A stretch of 54,422 nt of DNA, counting the filler, from Catajapyx aquilonaris (taxonomy: Eukaryota): assembly GCA_000934665.2 (NCBI GenBank). It is 2 parts of 2 records of this genome, joined end to end, with 100 filler letters (N's around TTAATTAATTAA, not from the genome) between each part and the next. Parts side by side here need not be neighbours in the genome. Positions count along the whole stretch, not along the records: positions 27,263 to 54,422 come from JYFJ02005099.1; 1 more part is not named here. One strand, 5' to 3'. The translations under genes were made by a program, and so were the position numbers. Shown here piece after piece: positions 37,584 through 48,645 of this stretch (its first letter is position 1; every line of letters starts with the position of its first letter). The notes under the pieces were generated by a model. The model saw nothing but the letters and a program-made list of their open reading frames with translations, ran no database searches and was not told the origin of the DNA.

Positions 37584-37879
37584 GACCGAGGCAGTTTGGA
37601 GTAGGGGATACGGTGTCCGACTGCTAATCGGGAGGTCCTGGGATCAAATCCCGGGGCCGGCAACTCTGACCGTGGTTTTCTGTGGTTTCCCACGGTCCCT
37701 CCAGGAAAATTCCGGAGTTGTTTCCGTAATTAACAGGCCACAGCCGCTTCCTTCCGTCCCTATCCCATCCCAAAAAGTGCAGTAAAATGAAAGCAAAGAG
37801 TTCCAGGCAAAAGAAAACTTCCCCCCTAAAGAGCCGAAAAAGGCTGATAACGGGGTATGAATTATTGATTATTATTATT
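37584..37879 (+). mobile_element. Lm1-like tRNA SINE (copy 2)
   Basis: Same head, body and tail as 4644-4937; 15-bp TSD attattctcacattg (37569-37583 / 37880-37894). Confidence 0.92.
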
Positions 37880-37958
37880 ATTATTCTCACATTGTGGTGA
37901 GTACCCCTCAAAATACTGTTACACGTAAAGTCACTGGCATTTGCTCCATGGAACTTAC

Positions 37959-38099
37959 TTCAGCAGGTGTCCGAGTGTACGGCCAAACTTTGACACCAAG
38001 CATGGCTCTTGGTCTGGCAGTGTGAACAGATGGTACAGGAGTTTAATAAGCGCAATATGGTCTTCCTTGGAAAAGTACAACCCATACATCTTCAGGTAC
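37959..38099 (-). CDS. PSME4: PSME4/PA200 exon 2 (R-YLKMYGLYFSKEDHIALIKLLYHLFTLPDQEPCLVSKFGRTLGHLL-K)
   Basis: cttgcag| ... |gtaagt; aligns to human [31 protein letters not shown]. Confidence 0.95.
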
Positions 38100-38153
38100 C
38101 TGCAAGAACATTCATTATAATGACAGAAAATGCAGAGAGATCATCAAGCATAC

Positions 38154-38371
38154 CTATTGAGCTGGTATACCCATGTCACGGTTCCAGGACGAATCTCTGA
38201 GAGCAAAACAGTTCGTCCCAGGTTAGTCTTAATTTCATGGAATGCATCCCGTGCTTCTGAATCCAGGGCATCCCGTCTATCTTGAAAATAGGGTAGGAAT
38301 GGGTTGTACACATTGGGCTTCTGGGGTCTGCAAACAGCTGGTGAGTGTACGGCTAACGAAGACGGCTGCAT
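38154..38371 (-). CDS. PSME4: PSME4/PA200 (proteasome activator complex subunit 4) coding exon 1
   Basis: MQP...PQKPNVYNPFLPY...LDSEARDAFHEIKTNLGRTVLLSEIRPGTVTWVYQLN aligns to human PQKEIVYNKLLPY...[28 protein letters not shown]; donor AG|gtatgc; 54-nt intron. Confidence 0.93.
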
Positions 38372-38932
38372 CTTGCTTCTGCTGGTGAGCGCAGCCAGTA
38401 CGAAACTGCTGCCTCACAACTCTCAACAACAACTGCACCGTCACTACATTACTTGCTCTTTCCCCTCGTTAGCAGTAGCAGCCATCGCTATGATCGGCTA
38501 TGATGATGCAGGATCGCTGTGCAGGATGCAAATCGAACAAGTTTCATGAGGTTTCGAAATCAATCTTTTTTTAAAATAGGATTGTCCTACCAGAATTAAA
38601 ACATGCTCAACCTTTTAGAGTATTAAATTTTGGTTTAAAACTACATTTAGAATGTACGTGTCAGCATATGTGTTGATTCTTGCATCTGGCAATCAGCCGC
38701 CATGTTTACTCGAGCCCGCTCGTTTCAAATCGGAGAGGGACAAAAATTACGACATAAAAGGATTCTGGTGGCTTTTGAGGCCTGCTGACTGGACTTAAGG
38801 GACCTTCGATGACCTTAACTGAACAGGCACCGATGTGTTAACACATCGGTGCATGGCAGTATGAACTGGCCTTGTGGCCAGACTGCAGGCAATAATATGT
38901 GGATCTCACCACTGCACTGCTTTGCTTATGAG

Positions 38933-39662
38933 TAGAGTCCGGATTTTTAGGCACAAAAAACCCTGAAATAGGCACTTAAATAGGCACGTAAAAACCTAAA
39001 ATAGGCACAAAAAGTTTACCTTTTTGGGCATATATGGAGGATAATGTTACAGAAAAAAGAATAATTTTATAGGCCTAAAGTATAAAATTAAGGTCGCAAA
39101 TCAGAGAAAAAACCGAATAACAACGATCAACTGACAAAAAATCACACAATGGTCAAAAGACACAAAGTGCAAGCAAGTATCACTTGCTCTGGACTTTACC
39201 GCTTATAGACGGTTTCCACATGCATCATACTTGCACAACATGTTGCCAAATATCTTTCAAATCATAGGAAAATTTAGACAAATATTTGGTATGCGTGTCA
39301 CGGAAACATGATTCGTAGTATTACTTCTGAACGATTTTGGTCCTTTCAGGCGCAGAAAAAAAAATACTCATAAAAAAACCAAACATGCCTCTGAAGGAAT
39401 AGGCCCGGAATAGGCCCAAAAAGTCCCGAAATTGCTTCAAAAAGGTCAAAAACTATCCCAAATAATGCCAAATAGGCATGAAAAGTCGCCAAAAGGCAGA
39501 ATAGTCAACATAGTTCCCAAAACCACGAAATAGAGGCCACTTTAGGCACTATAAAACCTACATTTTCTACATCCTGCAATTATGAAATTGATAGATCTCT
39601 TCACAAAACGATCCCAACTATTAAGGAACTAAATAGGCATTTGCCTAAAAATCCTGACTCTA
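38933..39662. mobile_element. hAT-type MITE
   Basis: TIRs tagagtccggatttttaggca / tgcctaaaaatcctgactcta; perfect 8-bp TSD cttatgag; many aaataggc subterminal repeats. Confidence 0.9.
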
Positions 39663-40492
39663 CTTATGAGACACCTGGATCCAAAGAGCCTGGATCATGA
39701 TCTGGATAAAACCAAATAAAACAAATAAAATATGGTCCCATTTTTCATCATGGCCCATGGAACTTCATTTTTGGCTCTATTATCTGATTTTTAAAATTGC
39801 CCTAAAATTGTTTTGAGGGGAATAGGAGCCTAAATTGGCTTACCACCATGTCTTTTTCCAGGAGGTGTTGTTTCAATTTTCAGATTCTGAACGGCGTGAA
39901 TAAATTTGAATACGTTTGTTATTTAGGAAAGTTTTCTCTTTTGTTATGACATGATCAGTGTCATCATTTAATTGCGTTTAGAGGGAGCCCCATCCTCCAT
40001 ACACCTTCTGTTCATATGATGCGCCAAATCTGGAATAAGCAAAGATGGCCGCCACTGCGCAAGTCCGATATCTTGCTGCTACCGCTACCACTAGTACGCT
40101 AGTGAGGACACTGAGGAGCGTGGTGGTGAGCCACCACACTGGTGTACTTGCGACTTGCTGTGCGGAGTGTAGACCACTGAAGACATTGTACTTCTTCAGG
40201 CACCTGTTCCTTGGTATATCTTTATTTGTAGATTTTCGATTGGAAGTCATGCACTGTTGAATCTCATTTCTTCTTGCATAGGATCAGCACCAGAAATAAC
40301 TTACTCAAAATTACTTTCCCACATCATTCAAGGATTGATTAGATGGCAATCTTGGGTGGCTTCTAAGGTGTGTGCACTCGGAAAGCAACTGGTCACCGGT
40401 CTCATTTGGGGTTGGATTTGCAAACATGAAAATGAGATATTCTTACATTTATTCACAGTTGCTGAAGATCTGTGCATTTTACTAGGAATAAG

Positions 40493-41079
40493 AGCAAAAA
40501 CATTCCCTTCAGTTAAAAAAAAGGGGGAGTAAGACCTCCGTGGCAGAATAAAAGTACCGAAACAATGCAGGCGCACGTAAGACCTTCACCAATAATTGAT
40601 TTAAGCTGTACCATATATAGGTCTTATTCAAGCAACTTCCTATTTATTGCTCCTTTCTGAAAACATTAATTTTCTATGAGCCACTCCACATAAGTGTGTT
40701 TTCTGAAATTAGGAACTCCAGTATTAAGCGTATTGAATTTCTATACAATTCGAGCGAATTTATTGCCGTGAAACATTTATGCACAATCGTAACCTCTTTT
40801 GGATACTGATTTTAACTGCAATGTTTAAGGGCGACACTGCGGCCGAGTGGTTAGCACCGCAGCCTTCCACCTCTAAGGTCCTGAGTTCAATCCCTGGGTC
40901 GGACGGAGGATACTTATGTGGATAGAGTTTCGATGAGTTCTCTCCATGTTCGCGTGGGTTCTCGTGGTTCTCCCGTTTCCTCCCGCAATCAAAATCCATC
41001 ACATTACAGGCAAATGATTAAAGTCGGGTTTTCAAAAGATGATCCCCTAAGAGGCCCAAGGGGCCTATCACGGGGTATC

Positions 41080-41141
<62 letters not shown>

Positions 41142-41491
41142 GTAATGTTTAATTTTTAACATGTAAATGTAAATTGGTGAATATTAGAGGTTTTTTTTTT
41201 GTTATTTTCGCTTGGATTCTGTATTTTCAGGAGCCAAAATTTCCAAGCCTGTGAGGATGGGTTTTTCATATTTTTCATTTTCAAAATAAACCCTGCCTAC
41301 TGCTCTGAGTAGTTTGCAGTAGTAATTTTTACGAGTCAATTCATACATTACAGAATTGCTTGAATAAGACCTATGGTACAGCTTAAATCCATTAGTGAAG
41401 GTCTTATGTGCGCCTCTGCCTTGTTTCAGTACTTTCATTCCACCATGGAGGTCTTACTACCCTTTTATTTACAGAAGGAATTGCTTTTGCT
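40493..41491. mobile_element. Inverted-repeat element (copy 2 of 31242-32028), interrupted by a V-SINE
   Basis: Same arms (gtaagacctcc...gtaagaccttcaccaat...gctgtaccat); homology with copy 1 continues to ~41778. Confidence 0.75.
40829..41135 (+). mobile_element. V-domain SINE (tRNA head, V domain, stem-loop tail, (ATT)n)
   Basis: A box cggccgagtggtta, B box gagttcaatccc; gttctctccatgttcgcgtgggttctc...gtttcctcccgca matches the recalled V-SINE central domain; 17-bp TSD ttaactg(c/t)aatgtttaa. Confidence 0.85.
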
Positions 41492-41821
41492 GTTATTTCT
41501 GTTATTTCTTGAACTCCTTTGCTACCAGCTATACCAGCATCACCTAAATTTTCACTTACACAGACTCTGAAGATAAGGACAAGATATTTTACAAATAATA
41601 ACAGCTATAGTGCTGTACGTATCATACTTACACGTTTATGCTCTACAGTTTACACTATGAATGTGTTGGAGACGATTTTTCTCACCTAGAAGTCCATCAA
41701 ATTATTTTCATAAAGATTGCCGTAAAAAAAAACCAAATTCGAGTGCTACCGGCCAATTGTTAGTATGATTTAATTATGAAATAGCATACGTAAAATATAC
41801 GGAATGTCAACCATGAGGACT

Positions 41822-42045
41822 TTAATTGATATTTAAGGAGGTTGGCCCAGCATTTGCCATTCAACCTCCAAGGATAGGGAAGGAAGGAAGCGGCTGTGGC
41901 CTATTATACGGAAGCGACCCCGGAATTATCCTAGAAAGACCGTGGAAAACCACAGAAAACCACAGTCAAGGTTGCCGGCCCCGGGATTCGAACCCAGGAC
42001 CTCCCGATTAGCAGTCGGACGCCTTATCCACTATGCCAACCTGCC
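41822..42045 (-). mobile_element. Lm1-like tRNA SINE (copy 3) with a different 3' end
   Basis: Head and body match 37584-37770 in reverse complement; the 3' end is ggaggttgaatggcaaatgctgggccaacctcc instead of the usual tail. Confidence 0.82.
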
Positions 42046-42488
42046 AACCATGCCAACCATGAGGACTGTGCCAGAGGAATTTGCTGAAATCATGGTACAT
42101 TGAGAGAATTAAATAAACACATATCTGTGGCTTGCCTCTGTCACATCTGAAAACTCCCAAACTTATTTCATTCTCGTGAAATACAACGATTTGAGCAAAT
42201 TCGTCTGGCACAGTTCTCAAGGTATATATTCCGCATACTGTAACATATGTCATAATTAAATCAGCCTCACCGTTGGCTGGTAATATACCTGAACTTCCGG
42301 TGATCTTATTGAAAATTTATTTAGGGTCTTCTAGATGATGAAAATGGTTTCTGTCACATACACAGCATGGATGTGTAATTATAGCTGTTATAATTATTTT
42401 GTAAACTATCTTGACCTTATCTTCATAGCATGTGTAAGCGAAAATCTAGGCGATGTCGATATAGCAGGTAGCAAAGGGGTTAATAGTA

Positions 42489-42712
42489 CAGTTGAATCCG
42501 GATGTAACAGACTTCAAGAGACCACGGAAAAAAGTCAGTTATAACCGATGCCTGTTATAGCTAAATCGTCACTTTTGCAACGAAAACAGAGATTTCTGCT
42601 TTCCATATGCCTGTAATGCGCACTACTACATACCGTTAATGAAATCCATCAAAAATGCAATATTAGCTCACCCAAAAATTATGCAGGACCAAAATATTCA
42701 AAATTTTCTTCT
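42489..42712. mobile_element. Truncated Tigger-type MITE (copy of 32225-32661)
   Basis: ta|cagttgaatccggatgtaacagacttcaagagac...; right half absent. Confidence 0.75.
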
Positions 42713-43727
42713 TTTCAGACTTAGCTTCAATGACTATCTGTTCTGAATGCAGTGGCCATGTTTAGGAGGATATTAGGCAGGCTGAGGTGATGGAAGCATC
42801 ACAGGCCCTTTCTTAAACACAAAGGTATAATGCACTCTTTGATGAATACTAAATATCTCATGAAGCTGCAGGGGCCAATTGACCCCACTATGTAAAGTTA
42901 TTTCTAGTGCACAGGTGTTCGTTCTAGAAGTTTGCAGCAACACTCATTACTTCTTCCCAGGCAGCCACTAATGCCAAACTTTTTAACAGGCTTGTAGTGG
43001 TCCACGACGATACATTAGGAATACCTCGATAATAACTGGCACCGGACAGCTCTTATAAACAGTATATTCTCCACAACAGGTAAAACACATCTGTTCTATT
43101 ACACAGTCAGTTAACGACTACTTGTTCCAAACAATCAAACATAAACACTGCTCCCATAGCAACGGTTTCCAGTACACAATCCTCCTGACAACAATACAGT
43201 ACTGTTGCCAGGACTCGAACCACTACAGGCTGTTAAAAGCTAAGTTAGTTTGGTTTTATTACAGTTAATTGCAATTGGAGTGCTAATATAAGTAAATATT
43301 TTTACCTCAAGTTACATTTAGGGGTTATCAAATTATTCTTTGTAACACTAGATTGATTGTTGCATAATTTAAAACTGCTGCAGAGGGCTGAGCCTGGATG
43401 AATCCAAGAAGTTCAGCCATAATACTTGGATGCCAAAGGCACTAAATGGACCATTTGCACTGCCTTGAGATTGTAAATTAGCAATTCAGGGCATGATGCA
43501 TACAGCTACCATTTTTTATACTTCCTAAAGGTTGGTGGCAGTAAACATTCAATGACAAGCAAACAATGATTATGTAGGACATGCCACACTTGTTATTTAA
43601 ATTTCAGCAGCCTTTTTCTCTTTCATAGGATAATATATTAATCAATTTTAGCAGTGTAAATGCAAGCATTCAAAGACAGTTGTATTAAAACTGGAACTTG
43701 TTGCAGCAGCTGCCTTGACAGAGGAGC

Positions 43728-43822
43728 ATGTCTGCATCACAGGGGAACAACCAGGATAATGCTGCTCAGGTGCCCATAGCTAGATCTCCTGTAGGACTCC
43801 CTCTTAGGGCCTGCTACAAGGG
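43728..43822 (+). CDS. ARMT1: ARMT1 (DUF89 damage-control phosphatase) coding exon 1
   Basis: MSASQGNNQDNAAQVPIARSPVGLPLRACYK-G, donor GG|gtaagc in phase 2, joining in frame to TFAYTTVKDRLP; PLRACYKG resembles the LSG/A..Y/K..SFAY region of ARMT1 proteins. Confidence 0.75.
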
Positions 43823-43984
43823 GTAAGCTGTATTGGACTTCAGGGGACTCTCATTTTCTCCTGCCCACTATATTGTGGGAAGAGATCTTACGCACTGGTC
43901 ATTGTCCCTGAAGGGTAAAAAATTAGTGTACTCATCAATATTTAAAGTGCCAATGTACAGGGTGTTACAATTGAAATTCCCTTT

Positions 43985-44387
43985 GGCCCCTGCCACACTA
44001 GACGGAATTTCCACGACGGAATTTCCATCGCATTCCGCTCAAAAAATAAAACACATGGAAGTAAACGGGATTCCATTCCGTCGGGATGTGACACACACGA
44101 CGGATTTTCCGTCCTTCCGTCAAGCACCAGCCGAAGACACGACGGAAAAAATCGGCCTCCGATTCAGTAGGGAAAATAATCCCATTTCAATACATTGATT
44201 CCGCCGGGGCAATGCCACACTACCAATGGAAAAAGTGGCTTTTCCGGCATGGAAACCAGGGGATTGGTAGCTGAAAGGGCAGCAAGGTGGCAGCACGGTC
44301 GACGGAAATTCCGCGTGAAAAAAAGTTGCAAAATCATTCGGCGACAGAATTTCCGTCACGGAAATTCTGTCTAGTGTGGCAGGGCCC
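43985..44387. mobile_element. PIF/Harbinger-type MITE
   Basis: ggcccctgccacactagacggaatttcc / ggaaattctgtctagtgtggcagggccc|TTA with acggaa subterminal repeats. Confidence 0.75.
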
Positions 44388-44909
44388 TTAGACCAGGTTG
44401 TGATTGGCTAAGGTTACCATTGTTATTAACTGTTGCCAAACAGATAATAACAATGGTAATCCCCGGGCTTCAAGCAAAACTCGTGGTGGTGATACCTGGC
44501 CTATATGGGCAGTGATTTTGTGTTGCTAAACTAATTTTAAGCAGCTAATATGGTACAATTACTGTTGTGGGTATCAAAAATATTATTTGCTAGCAACAGA
44601 TTGAAAGGCTTGTCAGCCATTCTGAGGGCTGGTTTCACTGAGCTCGGTATATGATAAAACATTTTCCGAATATATTGTTTTCAATTGCAGTGTCTGGCAA
44701 TGCTATCTATTTAAAAGCAGGCTGACGATGGGATTGGTCACACAATGTGCATTTTTTATATGCACTGTGCAACAGAACTTGCATATTGTCACAGCCTGTA
44801 CACTCACACATTTTCATTGTAGCATTATTTGAGTACGGTACCAGAAGCTGGCGGGATGACTGGCAGGGGATGTGCAAAGTGCAGTGCAATGTCTATAATG
44901 TGGTACATT

Positions 44910-45063
44910 TTGTGAACTCCCCTGGGTGGATTAGTCTATCGGAGATTCCACCCGAAACGAAGACAGAGACGCCCCAACTCTGCATGAGATGAAGGGGCGG
45001 GATTTGATCCTGGGACCTAACATCCGTGTGAACATGTGTTACCACAGTGCCACTTCGCCTCCC
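44910..45063 (-). mobile_element. Degraded tRNA-SINE head fragment
   Basis: Minus strand gggaggcgaagtggcactgtggtaacac...ggatcaaatccc resembles the head of 12456-12817. Confidence 0.45.
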
Positions 45064-45785
45064 CTAGGGGTCAAGTACAGTATATTTCCTGTGCTTTCAG
45101 CCTTGAAAGGGACACTGCATGCAATTGATAAGTTGGGGTCAAAAAAATTGGGGAAGAAAATCTTATTCCAATAGTGTTTTTTTTCCAAAACTGAACTATA
45201 AACACAGGAAAAAAGATCAAAGTTGGTCAAAGAGCCATTGCCATGGCATAATTGCATTGCCATGTAGGAATGGGCAATAATGATTTCGTACATGTTCTAA
45301 TTATGTCACTCTGTTGTGATTAGTAACTCATTCCAAATTGCTGGTTTTTATAGTTGTTTTGTTACTGTCTTTTAATGTGTATTAAATAAGTAGACTACAT
45401 CTGATCTACATGATTCATATGATTAGGGCATACTGATACGTGGCTGTGTGTCAAACTGGGCCTGTGAGGCTATTATCAATCTTCTGTGGTATCATGGATG
45501 TTTCATAATTATCTTCCTGACACCCTCTAAATACCTTCTGTTTTATAATTTAGCTCATATCTGCATTGGCTGAAAAGCTGCAGACTCGTCTGCATTAAGT
45601 TTGTTTTTCTGAGCCTTCCAGATTTTGGTTAGTCAGAAGAACTGAACATCACCCTTCCCATGCTTCCCCTTGATAACCTTCCTCTCACTCGTTTCTTTCT
45701 CCCTTCCCTCCCATAGGGTGCCAATAGTATATGTGGGTGCAGCTCCCCGCAACTCCCAGCCTAGCCTTATGGTGACGGTAGTGTA

Positions 45786-45986
45786 ATTAGAGAGTCCCCA
45801 CCAGCCTGGAATTTGGCGCTGGCGTAGCCCCACAGGCAACTTATGATTCGTGTGGCTGACGGTGATCTGTGAATGCTCACCGGACCCAGTTGCAGTGGAA
45901 AGGATGGTTTGGCTTGGTTCAGGCGTCCACCCGAATCGTAAGATGCCTGTGGGCGCCAAATTCCAGGCTGGTGGGGACTCTCTAAT
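45786..45986. mobile_element. Small palindromic MITE, superfamily unassigned
   Basis: attagagagtccccaccagcctggaatttggcgc / gcgccaaattccaggctggtggggactctctaat plus inner arms cccacaggca..gattcg / cgaatc..tgcctgtggg. Confidence 0.8.
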
Positions 45987-45989
45987 GAC

Positions 45990-46587
45990 TAGAGAACGGA
46001 TTTCTAAGTTTTTACCTACTTCTTATTCTGTAGGCAGAACACTGGAACCAAAATATCTATCCGTTTTATAACACGAGGAACTCAAAAAAATCGTAGTTTT
46101 ATAAAACCTGAAATTTCCTATTTTGGACGTTGGAACCTAAATGACCTATTAGCGCTTATTTTCACCTTTTTCACTCCGTTCTGTAAGATTTTTGCAAGTT
46201 TTGGCGGTGTTCTGTTCAAGGCATTCCTCCTGCTTCAACCTGCAAAGGGGGAAGAAGCTGCGGGCATGCCAGATGAGTTGACTGTAGAAGAAATTTCACT
46301 TTTCAAGTATGATCAAGTGACTTTGTGTGACATTGAAATGTCATTTTCCACGTATAAAGATGTATTGTCAGACAGGCGTCGCCGAATAACAATGATGACC
46401 CAACTAAAATATGGAACAACTGCTAGTTTGTTACTGTGCTACAAAATTCCATGGCCAAGAGTAAGAATGAAAATAAATTAGCAGCAGATTGATTTTTACT
46501 ACCTATTTAAGAGCCTATTTTGACTGTTTTCAGGCCTAAATACCTACCTATTTGAGGGTTTTTTAGAACCTAAAAATCCGTTATTAA
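45990..46587 (+). mobile_element. Non-autonomous hAT element (copy B)
   Basis: TIR tagagaacggatttcta...aacctaaaaatccgtt; relic MPDELTVEEISLFKYDQVTLCDIEMSFSTYKDVLSDRR; degenerate TSD ctaatgac/ctcattac; reverse copy of 30725-33059. Confidence 0.82.
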
Positions 46588-46865
46588 CTCATTACACTAC
46601 CATATCGTGGGAGTTGTGGGGGGCTGTGTGGGTGTGAGACATTTATTCTGATATGGATATAAGTGCAATTATGAAACAGGGTGTAGTTGAACATACGATG
46701 ATGCTAGAAAAATTGCTCATCCTTTTGAGACACATCAGATTGCTTAACCACCACAAGAAGCACAAAAATGGTGCAATATTTTGACAAATTTTGGTTCAAT
46801 GCACTTCTGATTTTGTACGGTACTGTGAGCTTATGGGGTTAAACAACTTTCTCCTTTCATTTCAG

Positions 46866-46971
46866 TACTTTCGCATATACAACTGTAAAGGACAGATTGC
46901 CAGTGATACTTGCAAAGCTTGTGGATCAACTTTGTCGGGAAAAGGAGAGCATTTGGAAACAACTCGGAGAT
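46866..46971 (+). CDS. ARMT1: ARMT1 exon 2 (TFAYTTVKDRLPVILAKLVDQLCREKESIWKQLGD)
   Basis: tttcag| ... |gtgagc; aligns to human SFAYLTIKDRIPQILTKVIDTLHR. Confidence 0.93.
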
Positions 46972-47273
46972 GTGAGCGGATTATAGAACTTTTGTAACAT
47001 AGGCTATCATATTAATGTTGAGGATCCTGTTGACAGTTGCTCATGATTCACTGCAGATTTTCAAATTTTCAGCAATGGTTTATTCACCTGTTGATGTCAT
47101 ATCTGTTGGCTCTGTTATCATAATTTATTTTAAAATGCATGTGATGTGAAACTGGCAGGCATAGGGAGAATTAAGGAGTAAAAGGTTAATGCAGGCTTTT
47201 TTCTGTTTTATACCATTTCTTGCGGATGTCTTCTGCCCATATAATTATAAAGTTTCAAGTGTAGTATTCAAGT

Positions 47274-47526
47274 GAGGGGGTGAAAATCAAAAACCAACAG
47301 CTCCAGAAAATAAAAAAATGAGTTAGCGCCGGAAATGCATTCCTCATGCCATGGACTGAGACATAATACCTGAATATGGTATCAAAAACCCTACATATGT
47401 ACATGGGAATAGCCGCTACATTCAGGTATTTACGTTGACATATACGGCGAAACTGTAGGTTTTTCTCGTTTTTTTCCGTTACTTTTATGAAGGAGCTGTC
47501 GTTTTTTTTAATATTTTCACCCCCTC
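47274..47526. mobile_element. Sola2-like MITE (internally deleted copy 2)
   Basis: Same TIR as 36080-36707 with 4-bp TSD aagt. Confidence 0.78.
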
Positions 47527-47708
47527 AAGTGTAGGCCTATATCAACTACTTTGCCTCAATACAATACTTCAGTATCAGTATTACATGAGTCAGAATTCAT
47601 AAGATATTAAGGGTTTGGTGCAAAAACCGGATGTCCACTTTTTCCCGAAAATGAATTATGGGTGGTTCTGCCACCTTGGGGCCATTCTGCATCTTTTCGT
47701 ACAAAAAT

Positions 47709-47780
47709 CGCGTGGGTTTTCTCGGGGTTCTCCCATTTCCTCCCACAATCAAAATCCATCACAGCGCAGACAATGATTAA
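47709..47780 (+). mobile_element. V-SINE internal fragment
   Basis: cgcgtgggttttctcggggttctcccatttcctcccacaatcaaaatccatcaca matches ~40950-41005. Confidence 0.7.
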
Positions 47781-47936
47781 CCTGTTGAGGGCTAGGTTTT
47801 TTTGTTGTTATTTGGTTGTTTTTTTCTTTTTTCAATGTAGAAGTGATATTAATGAATAACAACTTCGTGCCAAAATTAAGCATTTTAATTCATGGTGGTC
47901 CTTTTGAATGTAAAATGACAGGAAAAAATTCATATA

Positions 47937-48396
47937 CAGGGTGTCCCAGAAATCATTTTTTAAGGATCGTCTGGCTCTCAGAACGTCGATAGGCCTACCG
48001 AGTTTACATAGTCACTATACACTGTTACTATGGTTGCATAATATTACCACAACACTGTACTTTAGTGGGGGCTTAACGTCAGCCTATTTCTGCCGCTAAG
48101 GCTCAACACCGACGTCAGGGGGTGGTCCTCCTCCTGGAAATTTGGCCACTCTGGGGATCTTTAACGTGCACTCGCGCAATGTCACAAGCACACGGGACCG
48201 ACGGCTTTACTTCCCCTCTGAAGGAAGGCGCACTCTCACTTTTCTACCACCCGGAGAAAAGTCACCGACCTCGGCCTGGTTCGAACCCACAACTTTGGGA
48301 CCAGAGGCGAGCGCGCTAACCACTAGTCCACCGGCGCTGGCTCACAACACTGTACTATGAGAAAATCCTAAGGGTCCAACTATACGGGACACCCTG
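47937..48396. mobile_element. Tc1/mariner-type MITE hosting a MetaSINE
   Basis: TA|cagggtgtccc ... gggacaccctg|TA. Confidence 0.65.
48062..48342 (-). mobile_element. Meta-domain tRNA SINE
   Basis: Minus-strand A box (ggtggactagtggttag) and B box (gggttcgaacc); ccttcagaggggaagtaaagccgtcggtcccg...gtgcacgttaaagatccc matches the recalled Meta domain; 14-bp TSD cacaacactgtact. Confidence 0.85.
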
Positions 48397-48645
48397 TACT
48401 CAGGGCGTTCGTTTACATGAAAGATGACGCGGCAGCCACGTGTCCTTGGCATGTTAGACTCGGTTTGGCTCCCGCCCAGTGCATTGTGGGATGTCATGGT
48501 AGTTTAGTCACCATCCAAGAGATGCCAGGAGTATATTGAACCAAATTTGGAAGCCCAAAGTTCGAATTCTCTGTGCATATTTTATCGCGCCAAATTCAAA
48601 CATCCGCAGATCATCATGTGATGGTCGTCGCCCTCAGCAGGTTAA

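Noticed and set aside
38701..38790. gccgccATG as the ARMT1 start
   Set aside because: It opens only a 28-aa ORF with no ARMT1 similarity and is more likely a YY1-type promoter motif.
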